Positions 36,876 to 46,141 of a stretch of 64,000 nucleotides of DNA are shown in pieces. The notes beneath the pieces were generated by a model, which saw only the letters and a list, made by a program, of their open reading frames with translations, made no database searches and was not told the origin of the DNA. The first letter of the stretch is position 1. Every line of letters begins with the position of its first letter. The position numbers and the translations under genes are program-made. Origin of the DNA: Rhodospirillales bacterium (GTDB taxonomy: Bacteria > Pseudomonadota > Alphaproteobacteria > Rhodospirillales > UBA2165). The stretch is taken from NCBI GenBank assembly GCA_965207535.1, contig CBDBMR010000008.1, positions 8 through 64,007 of the forward strand, written 5' to 3'.

Positions 36876-38168
36876 TTAGCCCATCAGCGAGGGCAGTATG
36901 AGCGTAATCGTCGGAAACAGCACCAGCACCGTGAGCCGTACCATGTCGGCCATCCAGAACGGCGTGACGCCCCTGAAGATGGTGCCGGTGCCCACATCCC
37001 GGAGCACGGTGTTAAGTACGAAGATGTTCATGCCGACCGGCGGCGTGATCAGGCTGATCTCGGTCACCACGACGACGATGATGCCGAACCATACGGGGTC
37101 GAGCTCCAGGCTCAGCACCACCGGGAAGAACAGCGGGATCGTGAGCAGGATCATGGCGATGCTGTCCAGCACGGCGCCGAGGCCGATATAGATCAGCATG
37201 ATGGCGAAAACGACCACCAGCGGATGGGTGTCGAGACCGGTGACCCAGCCGCCCAAGGTCTCGGGCATGCCGGTCTCGTTCATCAAATTGGAGAAGATCA
37301 GGGCCCCGATGAGAATGAAGAACAGCATGGCGGTGGTCTGGGCGGCGTCGGACAATTGCTCAAACAGGGTTTTCCATGTGAGTTTGCCCCGCGCCCAGGC
37401 GAATATAAACGCGCCGGCGGCGCCGACACCGGCTGCCTCCGTCGGCGTGAAGAAGCCCACATAAATGCCGCCGATCACCAGCAGGAAGAGCAGCAGCACG
37501 CCCCACACCCGGGAAAGCGCCTTCCACCGCGTGGCCCAGGGCGTCACGTCGCCGGGCGGGCCGATCTCGGGCTTCAGCCGCGTGGTGATGGCAATGGCGA
37601 TGTTGTACCCGACGATGCCCAGGATACCGGGGATGATGCCGGCGATGAACAGCGCCCCGATATCGGTGGACGTCATGATGCCGTAGAGGACGAGGATGAC
37701 GCTGGGCGGAATCAATATCCCCAAGGTGCCGCCGGCGGCGATAGCGCCCGTCGCCAAGGTATCGGCGTAGCGAAAGCGGCGCATGGGCGGCATGGCCACC
37801 TTGGCCATGGTGGCGGCAGTGGCGACGGATGATCCGCACACGGCGGAAAACCCGCCGCAGGAAATGATGGTCGCCATGGCGAGCCCGCCCCGCTTGTGGC
37901 CGATCCAAGAGTAGGCGGCGGTGTAGAGCTCGTCCGCCAGCCCGGCCCGGGTAATGAAATTGCCCATCAGCACGAACAGGGGGATCACCGAGAGTTCCGA
38001 CGATTGGGCGGTATCGAAGGCGAGCCGCCCGATCATCGACAGCGTGCCCGGCCAGCTGACGTAATAGGCGAAGCCGACGATGCCGACCCCGGCCATGGCG
38101 AAGGCCACCGGCAATCGCAGAAATAGAAGCCCGATCAGGATGGCAAAGATGATCAGCGCATCGACCAT
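36876..38168 (-). CDS. TRAP transporter large permease DctM
   Basis: IPLFVLMG, GSSVATAAT, GTLGILIPPS, LITPPVGMN. Confidence 0.95.
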   Translation of the reverse strand: MVDALIIFAILIGLLFLRLPVAFAMAGVGIVGFAYYVSWPGTLSMIGRLAFDTAQSSELSVIPLFVLMGNFITRAGLADELYTAAYSWIGHKRGGLAMATIISCGGFSAVCGSSVATAATMAKVAMPPMRRFRYADTLATGAIAAGGTLGILIPPSVILVLYGIMTSTDIGALFIAGIIPGILGIVGYNIAIAITTRLKPEIGPPGDVTPWATRWKALSRVWGVLLLFLLVIGGIYVGFFTPTEAAGVGAAGAFIFAWARGKLTWKTLFEQLSDAAQTTAMLFFILIGALIFSNLMNETGMPETLGGWVTGLDTHPLVVVFAIMLIYIGLGAVLDSIAMILLTIPLFFPVVLSLELDPVWFGIIVVVVTEISLITPPVGMNIFVLNTVLRDVGTGTIFRGVTPFWMADMVRLTVLVLFPTITLILPSLMG

Positions 38169-38171
38169 GGA

Positions 38172-38681
38172 TCAGATGCTCTCCAACTGATCGTCATGTT
38201 GGGGCGGCGGCACGAGAATGAAGATGGCCTGAATGGGGACGCTGAGTGCCGTCATCACCGCCATGAAATACGCCACCGGCGCCAAGGGGACGTTGAGGAA
38301 CAGGGTCACGTCGTTGTAGCCCGCCAGCTTGCCGGCCACGTCCCAGAGCCGCCAGGCGAAGATAGCGAGAATGACCGTGCAGACGCTGTTGACCGCCACC
38401 CGCTGGACCACCCGCCAGAATGGCGGGATCACGTTGTCCAGAAGCGTCACCGAGACGTGGCCGTCGTTGGCGGTGATGATGGGCACCCCGGCGAACACCA
38501 GGATACCCATCAGGATTTCGACCACCTCGAACAGGCCGACGATGGAGATGTTGAACACCCCGCGGGTGACCACATCGATCACCGTCAGCCACATGATCAC
38601 GAACAGGGTGACCGCGGCAAACAGGGCCAATGCCCGGCCCGCGGGTTTGCGGAACCGGGCATAGTTTTCGGCGAAGGTCAT
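38172..38681 (-). CDS. TRAP transporter small permease DctQ
   Basis: Four TM segments, DVVTRG, GHVSVTL. Confidence 0.9.
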   Translation of the reverse strand: MTFAENYARFRKPAGRALALFAAVTLFVIMWLTVIDVVTRGVFNISIVGLFEVVEILMGILVFAGVPIITANDGHVSVTLLDNVIPPFWRVVQRVAVNSVCTVILAIFAWRLWDVAGKLAGYNDVTLFLNVPLAPVAYFMAVMTALSVPIQAIFILVPPPQHDDQLESI

Positions 38682-38722
38682 TTACTCTGCTCTGGGGCTT
38701 AGCAGCCCAGCCGATAAACGAC

Positions 38723-39772
38723 CTATTTCTTCATGGTCGCCGCTTCGATCTTTTTGATCTCCGACTTGTACATGGCGAGCGCCGCCCCGCCGTCGACGCC
38801 CTTGGCCTTCGCCTTCTTCATCCAATCGGCCTGGATCGGCTTCCACAGCTCCTTGGCCTTTGCGGTGAATTCGGCGGGCATGGGAACGATCTTGATGCCG
38901 TTCTCCTTCATGTGCGCGATGCCGTTCTTGTCGGCCAGATCCCACGCATCGCCGATATAGTCGGCGGCGTGCTCACCGGAAACGCTTTCGATCAGGCGCT
39001 GATCCTTGGCCGAGATGCCGTCCCAGACCTTCTGGTTCATGTACATCTGGAAGACGGTGGCATAGAGGCCCCCGGGCGGCACGGTGGTGTACTTCACCAG
39101 CTTTCCGAGCTTGAAGTTCTTGATCCCCTCATATGTCAGGAAGACGCCGTCGATAACCCCCTTGGAGAGCATGTTATGCACCTTGGTGATGGGCGCGAAG
39201 ATGGGTGTCGCCCCCATGCTCTTGGCGAGCGCCGAGATGTTGTCACCGCTGACCCGGAGCTTCAGCCCCTTCAAGTCGCCCATGGCCTGCACCGGACGCT
39301 TTGAGTTGTGGATCAGGCCGGGGCCGTGGACCCAGACGGTCATCAGCTTCATGCCGGCCGCCTCGTTGGCCTGCTTGAAATGCTTGTCATAGACCCGCCA
39401 GTAGCCGACGGTCCGCGCCTTGGCGCTGTTGGTGAGGAATGGGAATTCGGCCAACTTGTGCAGCAGGAAACGGCCGGGCGTGTAGGCGGGAATGATGTGG
39501 GCGACGTCGATGGCGCCTTCCTTGATGAAGTCGTGATAGGCGGGCGGCGCACCCAGGCCCTTCGCCAGCATGCGGACGCTGACCCGGCCCTTGGTCACCT
39601 CACCGATACTCTTCACCCAGAGATCGACGCCGAACTTCCGCATCTCGTGGTGCGGCGGATCCCAAGTGGCATATCGTAGCTTTTGCTGGGCTTCGGCGGG
39701 CGCCGAAGCGGCGAAGACGGCACCGGCAACCGCGCCGGCTCCCAAAATCGTGCGAACGAATAGTCTGGGCAT
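38723..39772 (-). CDS. TRAP transporter substrate-binding protein DctP
   Basis: Signal peptide, YTPGRF, DLKGLKLRV, LSKGVIDG. Confidence 0.92.
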   Translation of the reverse strand: MPRLFVRTILGAGAVAGAVFAASAPAEAQQKLRYATWDPPHHEMRKFGVDLWVKSIGEVTKGRVSVRMLAKGLGAPPAYHDFIKEGAIDVAHIIPAYTPGRFLLHKLAEFPFLTNSAKARTVGYWRVYDKHFKQANEAAGMKLMTVWVHGPGLIHNSKRPVQAMGDLKGLKLRVSGDNISALAKSMGATPIFAPITKVHNMLSKGVIDGVFLTYEGIKNFKLGKLVKYTTVPPGGLYATVFQMYMNQKVWDGISAKDQRLIESVSGEHAADYIGDAWDLADKNGIAHMKENGIKIVPMPAEFTAKAKELWKPIQADWMKKAKAKGVDGGAALAMYKSEIKKIEAATMKK

Positions 39773-40072
39773 TCATTCCTCCATCGAAAACGTGTTGTCC
39801 TGTTGAAACTGGGTGCGTGCTCTTATGTGACGGCAATCGCTTGATTGGAGGTTATCACAAAATCTCATATTGTGGGATTTTTCTAAATTTAGCCTCGGTG
39901 TTCGGCCAGCGGAATCGGCGAGCGGGAAGTTGGAGTGCACCCGCGCTTTTTCGAGACACACGAAAAGAGGGGGGGGAGGGCAAAGACCGCCCGTCCCGGC
40001 AGCCTGAAATGTCCGAAAGTGTCTGTTTTTTTCCGTGAATGTCCATGAATGTCCGGGCCGCGAAAACGCCAC

Positions 40073-40105
40073 TTGATTGTCTGATATATCGGGATATCAT
40101 GAATT
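40073..40105 (+). promoter_or_regulatory. Putative sigma70 promoter/operator of arsR (near-leaderless)
   Basis: TTGATT-16 nt-TATCAT ending 5 nt before the ATG, with dyad CTGATATATCGG in the spacer. Confidence 0.4.
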
Positions 40106-40429
40106 ATGGATAAAAATCAGGCTCTCGCCGCCTTTGCGGCGCTATCACAGGAAACCCGTTTGGATGCACTCCGGCTGCTGGTCGCCGCCGGGCCCAAGGG
40201 ACTCGCGGCCGGCGACATCGCCGAGCGGCTGGCCGTGCGCCAGAACACCATGTCGACGAACCTCGCCATCCTCGACCGGGCGGGACTGGTCACCTCGAGG
40301 CGGGAGGGGCGCAGCGTCCGCTACTTCGCCTCCCTCGAAAGCATTCGGGATGTGGTCGGGTTCCTGATGGAGGATTGCTGCGGCGGCCGTCCGGAACGGT
40401 GCGCGCCCGAGCAGGCGCCGGCCGAATAA
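40106..40429 (+). CDS. arsR: ArsR family As(III)-responsive regulator
   Basis: ALSQETRL..LRLLV.AGP.GL.AG.IA; C-terminal DCCGGRPERC. Confidence 0.88.
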   Translation: MDKNQALAAFAALSQETRLDALRLLVAAGPKGLAAGDIAERLAVRQNTMSTNLAILDRAGLVTSRREGRSVRYFASLESIRDVVGFLMEDCCGGRPERCAPEQAPAE

Positions 40430-41106
40430 TGAACGCCTACTCCGCCTCCCGACGCCTCGCAGCCGAATGGCTGGGCACGGCCTTTCTACTGGCGACCGTG
40501 ATCGGGTCGGGCATCATGGCCGAGCGGCTGGCCGGCGGGAACGCCTCGCTCGCGTTGTTGGGCAACACCATTCCCACCGGCGCCATCCTGGTGGTGATTA
40601 TTCTCGTCTTCGGACCCATCTCCGGCGCCCACTTCAACCCGGCCGTGACCATTGCGTTTTGGCTGCGCCGCGAAATCGGCGCCGGCCTGGCGGCCGCCTA
40701 TATCCTCGTCCAAGTGCTTGGCGGACTCGCCGGGATGCTGGCGGCCCATGCCATGTTTGACGAGGCGCTGTGGCAAGTCTCCCAGAAAGCGCGCACCGGC
40801 CCGGACCAGTGGTTCGCGGAAGTGGTCGCGGCGTTCGGATTGCTGGCCGCCATTTTCGGTACGATCAAATTCCGGCCCGAGGCCGTCGCCTGGGCTGTCG
40901 GTCTCTATATCACGGCCGGCTACTGGTTTACCGCCTCCACCTCGTTCGCCAACCCGGCGGTGACCGTCGCGCGGTCGTTCACCGATACCTTCTCCGGTAT
41001 CCGTCCCGTCGACGCGCCGGCCTTCATCATTGCCCAGATCATCGGCGCGGCGATCGCCGTGCTGGTGTTCACCTGGCTTCTCAGGGAGACGAAGCATGAC
41101 GGATAA
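40429..41106 (+). CDS. MIP/aquaglyceroporin (AqpS-like arsenite channel)
   Basis: SGAHFNPAVT and FTASTSFANPAVT; follows arsR. Confidence 0.9.
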   Translation: MNAYSASRRLAAEWLGTAFLLATVIGSGIMAERLAGGNASLALLGNTIPTGAILVVIILVFGPISGAHFNPAVTIAFWLRREIGAGLAAAYILVQVLGGLAGMLAAHAMFDEALWQVSQKARTGPDQWFAEVVAAFGLLAAIFGTIKFRPEAVAWAVGLYITAGYWFTASTSFANPAVTVARSFTDTFSGIRPVDAPAFIIAQIIGAAIAVLVFTWLLRETKHDG

Positions 41107-42121
41107 CCCCCTTGCCGGTTTTCAGGTCGACCCGGCGGACCTCAATTATATCGGCGAGGATCTGCAGCGCCCGGAATGCATCCTGGCCGAGCCGGACGGT
41201 ACGCTCTGGTCGGCGGACGCCCGGGGCGGGGTGGTGCGGATAGCGCCTGACGGGTCGCAGGCCATCGTCACTCAGACCCAGGCGGCGGCCTTCGAAGGGG
41301 CCGGCGACGACGCAACCCGGTTCACCCGGGGCACTCTTCCCAACGGCCTCGCCTTCGGGAAAAACAGGGAAATTTACATCTCCAATTTCGGCACCGACGT
41401 GCTGGAAGTGATGGACCGGGACACCGGCGAGACCAATCTTCTCTACGACTCCATCGACGGCGCGCCCATCGGCAAGGTGAACTTCGTGCTGCGGGATTCC
41501 AAGGACCGTTTGTGGCTCACCGTGTCGACCCGAATCAAGAACTGGATGGAGGCCATGAGCCCCAATGTGGCCGACGGCTTCGTGGCGCTGGCCGACGAGA
41601 ACGGCCTTCGCATCGTCACCGACGGGCTCGCCTTTACCAACGAAATCCGCCTGGATGCGAACGAGGAGTATCTCTACATCGCCGAGACCACGGGCCAGCG
41701 GGTCTCCAGGATGAAGGTGGCGGCGGACGGGTCGCTCTCCGGCCGGGAGGTGTTCGGCCCATCGAAACTGGGCCCCGGCGGGTTCATCGACGGGATCGCC
41801 TTTGACGCCTTTGGCAATCTCTGGGGCACGCTGATCATGGCCGACATCATCTTCGCCATCACCCCGGACGGCGAGTACCTGGAGATTCTCAACGATTGCG
41901 ACGAAGCGGCCACCGCCCGGCTGGAGGCCAAGTTTCGCGCCGACGAGGTCACGGCTGACGATATGCTGGCCACCTCGGGCACCATCGCGCCGTGGTTCGC
42001 CAGCGTCACCTTCGGCGGAACCGGCCTCAAGACGTGCTATATCGGCAGCCTGCGCGGCGACCGCATCCCCTACTTCGAAAGCCCGGTCGCCGGCCTGCCC
42101 ATGGTGCATTGGCGGGAGTAG
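41096..42121 (+). CDS. SMP-30/gluconolactonase family protein
   Basis: RPEC, PNGLA, NFVLRD, FTNE, DGIAFDAFGNLW. Confidence 0.85.
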   Translation: MTDNPLAGFQVDPADLNYIGEDLQRPECILAEPDGTLWSADARGGVVRIAPDGSQAIVTQTQAAAFEGAGDDATRFTRGTLPNGLAFGKNREIYISNFGTDVLEVMDRDTGETNLLYDSIDGAPIGKVNFVLRDSKDRLWLTVSTRIKNWMEAMSPNVADGFVALADENGLRIVTDGLAFTNEIRLDANEEYLYIAETTGQRVSRMKVAADGSLSGREVFGPSKLGPGGFIDGIAFDAFGNLWGTLIMADIIFAITPDGEYLEILNDCDEAATARLEAKFRADEVTADDMLATSGTIAPWFASVTFGGTGLKTCYIGSLRGDRIPYFESPVAGLPMVHWRE

Positions 42122-42133
42122 GAGGAAAACGGG

Positions 42134-42805
42134 TCAGGGCTTGGGGAACACCATCACGGTTAGGTCGCTGTAACTCTCATCATCGGTTTCCGCGCAATCC
42201 GCGATGGCGGTATCGGAGGAGCTCTCATCGTCGAAGGTGAGGCGCTGATGCACGGTCACGGCGCGGGCCCCATCGACCCCTGCTTCCATCAGCCGCCGGC
42301 ACAAGGTCGCCGGCATGATGTCGAAGGGGCGCGGCAGGCAGATAACGTTCCGCCGTGCCTCCTTGAGGTAGTGGATCAAATCGTCGAGCTGTTCTTCGTG
42401 GTCGTAGCGCCGGTGCAAAGTGACGAAGAGGGATTGCTCCATGGCGATCCCCGAGCGCACCGCGGCAATCTGAATGCAGCTGATGCCGGGTACCAGTTCC
42501 ACCTCATCGATGCGTTGGCGAACCCGGTCGAGGAGTTCGTTGCACGATACGTTGAGATCCCCCCAGGCACAGACCACGACGGTCTTTCCGTCCCTCGCGC
42601 GCGCCGCCGCCAGGTCGAGTTGCGCCTCCTGGTTGGGGTAATCCATGGAAAGTATCTCGGCCCCCGGCTTGGCGTGAGGCCGGGCGGTCTGGAGCACGGT
42701 CTCGAAACCGGCAATCACGTCCGCGCAGGCGATGATCCCGGCGCCTTTCCCCGTCAGGAACCCGCCGTCGCCGGGCCCGACAGCCACTACGGTCGCGCGG
42801 GTCAT
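42134..42805 (-). CDS. Tetrapyrrole methylase, CbiE-like
   Basis: VGPGDGGFLT, ADVIAG, GDLN, VPGISC, LT.DDE. Confidence 0.8.
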   Translation of the reverse strand: MTRATVVAVGPGDGGFLTGKGAGIIACADVIAGFETVLQTARPHAKPGAEILSMDYPNQEAQLDLAAARARDGKTVVVCAWGDLNVSCNELLDRVRQRIDEVELVPGISCIQIAAVRSGIAMEQSLFVTLHRRYDHEEQLDDLIHYLKEARRNVICLPRPFDIMPATLCRRLMEAGVDGARAVTVHQRLTFDDESSSDTAIADCAETDDESYSDLTVMVFPKP

Positions 42806-43272
42806 AGGGCCTGGACGGCGGCCAGCACTTCGGCCACGTGCCCCTTCACCTTGACCTTCCGCCACTCGGATTTGAGGGTCCCGGCCTCATCGATCAGGAA
42901 GGTGGACCGGTCGATCCCCATGTACTTCCTGCCGTACATGGACTTCTCGACCCAGGAGCCATAGGCGTCGCACACCCTGCCCTCTTCGTCCGAGAGCAGG
43001 GTGAAATTCAACTTGTGCTTGGCCTTGAACTTGTCGTGCTTGGCGGCGCTGTCCTTGGAGATACCGATGATCTCGGCGCCCGCCTCGGAGAATGCTTGGA
43101 GTTCGTCACGGAACTCGGCGGCTTCCCGGGTTCAGCCGGGCGTGTCGTCCTTGGGATAGAAGTAGAGCACCACCTTCCTGCCGCGAAGTTCCGACAGCTT
43201 GACCGACCCGCCGCCGTCGCTGGGCAACGTGAAGTCGGGCGCCTTGTCGCCGGGCTTTGCTTTTGCCGCCAT
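42802..43272 (-). CDS. bcp: BCP/PrxQ peroxiredoxin, selenocysteine at codon 47 (TGA 43134-43132)
   Basis: GDKAPDFTL...[21 protein letters not shown]...GISKD...[14 protein letters not shown]...[17 protein letters not shown]. One continuous frame of 156 aa; SECIS-like hairpin downstream. Confidence 0.88.
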
Positions 43273-43338
43273 GTGTCTCTCCCCTGTGAAGCCGCGGCTC
43301 TATACGCCCGAGATTCGCCGAATGTTCAAGACCGGGGA

Positions 43339-43818
43339 TCAAGACAGATGATCGAGCGGCAGGGCGGTGGAATATTTCACCTGATTGAGGGCGAAGGAGG
43401 ATTTGATGTTGGATACGCCGGGTATGCGGGTCAAATGCTCCATCAGAAATCGCTCGTATGCCTCGAGGTCGGGGACGACCACCCGCAGGAGGTAATCGGA
43501 CTCGCCCGTCATGAGATAGCACTCGACCACCTCGGGCCGCGCCTCGATGGCCGCCTCGAACTTGGACAAGTTCTCTTCGATCTGCTTTTCCAGGGTGACG
43601 TGAATGAAGACGCTGACCTTCAGATCAATGGTGTTGCCGTCCACCAGCGCAACCCGCTTCTTGATGACCCCCGCATCGGTGAGAAGTTTCACCCGGCGAA
43701 GGCAAGGCGACGGCGACAACCCCACCCGTTCGGCCAGTTCCGTGTTGGTCAGGCCGCCATCGGATTGAAGCTCGGTGAGGATTCGTGCATCGATCGCGTC
43801 CAGCTCCATAGTTGGCAC
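43339..43818 (-). CDS. Lrp/AsnC family regulator (divergent from AceE-like gene)
   Basis: LDAIDARIL.ELQ.DG.LTN.ELAERVGLSPSPCLRRV, ECYLMTGESDY. Confidence 0.93.
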   Translation of the reverse strand: MPTMELDAIDARILTELQSDGGLTNTELAERVGLSPSPCLRRVKLLTDAGVIKKRVALVDGNTIDLKVSVFIHVTLEKQIEENLSKFEAAIEARPEVVECYLMTGESDYLLRVVVPDLEAYERFLMEHLTRIPGVSNIKSSFALNQVKYSTALPLDHLS

Positions 43819-43926
43819 TTTATGCCGTTTTTCTATCTTTTCCTAATTGAAAATTCCAATCTCGGCATCTTCAGGCGCATAGTTCGCAAGGATATTTTTT
43901 GCGAATCCTGGCAATTTCGTCGGGTC

Positions 43927-46141
43927 ATGCAGATGATCGGTCCCAGCCGGACCCGCACCGGCCAACCGAGCCCCGAGATCGCCCTGGAGGAGCTTCAGCG
44001 CAAGATTCTGTGGCTCTCCGCCTGGATGATCCACAACGCCAATCACCTTCGCCCCGATGAGGACGGCCTCAAGGTCGGCGGGCACCAGGCGTCCTGCGCG
44101 TCCATGGTGTCGATCATGACCGCGCTCTATTTCTCCGTGCTCCGGCCCGAGGACCGGGTCGCCGTGAAGCCCCACGCCGCGCCGGTGTTTCATGCCATCC
44201 AATACCTCCTCGGCAATCAGGGCCTGGACAAGCTGGAGAACTTCCGTGCCTTCCGCGGCGCCCAGGCATATCCGTCCCGGACCAAGGACACCGACGACGT
44301 GGATTTCTCAACCGGGTCGGTGGGCCTTGGGGCGGCGATGACCGCATTCGCCTCCATGATCCAGGATTACATCCGGGCCAAGGACTGGGGCCGCACGCTG
44401 AAACCCGGCCGGATGATCGCCCTCGTGGGCGATGCGGAACTGGACGAGGGTAATATCTATGAGTGCCTGCTCGAAGGATGGAAACACGAACTCCGCAACA
44501 CCTGGTGGGTCATCGACTATAACCGCCAGAGCCTGGACGGAATCGTTCACGAAGGGATCTACAGCCGGATCGAAAAGACTTTCGCCGCGTTCGACTGGGA
44601 CGTGGTCACCCTGAAATACGGGGCATTGCAGCGGGCCGCCTTCGCCGAGCCCGGCGGCGAAACGCTGCGCCAGTGGATCGACGACTGCCCCAATCCCCTC
44701 TATTCGGCGCTGACCTATCAGGGAGGCGCCGCATGGCGGGAGCGGCTGCTTGACGACTTCTCGAACGATGAGGATGCCCTCGCCCTCATTTCCCGCCGGT
44801 CCGACGAGGAATTGGCCGAACTGATGGTGAGCCTCGGCGGCCACTGCCTGCCGACCCTGATCGACACCTTCGCCGCCATCGATCACGACCGTCCGGTGTG
44901 CTTCATTGCCTACACCATCAAGGGATGGGGACTGCCGCTCGCCGGCCACAAGGACAACCATGCCGGCATTCTGACACCGGATCAGATGGCCGGCTTCCGG
45001 AAGACCATGGGCATCCGTCCGGGGCATGAATGGGAACCTCACGAGGGGATCGACATTTCGAAGGCCGATTTCGAGGCCTTCCTGGACGCGGTGCCGTTCA
45101 ACGCGGGCGGCGATCGCCGCACATCGGCAAGACCCGTTCCGGTTCCCGCGCTGCCCGAAACGGCGGCCGGCGCCGCCTCGACCCAAGAAGGGTTCGGCAG
45201 GATCCTCAACGAAATCGGCCGTTCCGATGAGCCTTATGCGGACCGGATCGTAACCCTGTCGCCGGATGTCAGCGTATCGACCAACCTCGGACCGTGGATC
45301 AATCGGCGGAATCTGTTCGCCGCGGAGACCATCAGCGACACATTCCGCCAGGAAAAGGTGGTCAGCGGCCAAAAGTGGAGTTTCGATCCCGGCGGTCAGC
45401 ATATCGAATTGGGGATCGCCGAAAACAACCTGTTCCTCGCCTTGGCCGCCGCCGGGTTGTCCCATTCGCTGTTCGGCGAACGGCTGCTGCCTATCGGCAC
45501 TCTCTATGATCCGTTCATCGCCCGAGGGCTCGATGCGCTGAACTACGCCTGCTACCAGGATGCCCGTTTCCTGCTGGTGGCCACCCCGTCCGGGGTCACC
45601 TTGGCGCCCGAGGGGGGCGCCCACCAATCCATCGGCACGCCGCTGATCGGCATGGCTCAGGACGGTCTGGCCGCGTTCGAGCCCGCCTTCGTGGACGAGC
45701 TCCGGACGATCATGGAATGGTCGTTCGACTACATGCAGCGCGATGGTGCGGGCGATCCGGATCCCGCCACATGGCTTCGGGATCACACCGGCGGCTCGGT
45801 CTATCTCCGCTGTTCGACGCGCAAACTGGAGCAACCGGTAAGAGAGTTCACTGCCGGCCAGAAGGACGACCTGATCAACGGTGCCTATTGGCTGAGGCGT
45901 CCCGGTCCCAACTGCGAGTTGATCATCGCCTATCAGGGTGTCGTGGCGCCGGAAGCGATGACCGCGGCAGGCATGGCGGCGGAGCATTTCCGGGATATCG
46001 GCGTCCTCGCCGTGACGTCCGGCGACCGCCTCAATGCGGGCTGGCAGGCGGCGCAACGGGCGCGGCGTCACGGCGCGGCAACCGCCGAATGCCATATCGA
46101 GCGTCTGCTGGCCGGAATTCCGGGACATGCCCGTCTGCTTA
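43927..46141 (+). CDS. TPP-dependent 2-oxoacid dehydrogenase E1/transketolase-like (AceE-like), exon 1
   Basis: KVGGHQAS, DFSTGSVGLG, GDAELDEG, YNRQSLD, ELGIAENN, APEGGAHQS; ends at the intron. Confidence 0.9.

Noticed and set aside
42802-43272. bcp as a nonsense pseudogene or a 69-aa ORF
   Set aside because: The only stop is TGA at the catalytic Cys with a SECIS-like hairpin; Sec recoding is more parsimonious.
42838-43926. N-terminal 363 aa of the 1105-aa ORF as a giant fusion protein
   Set aside because: Overlaps bcp and lrp on the opposite strand; real homology starts near ATG 43927.
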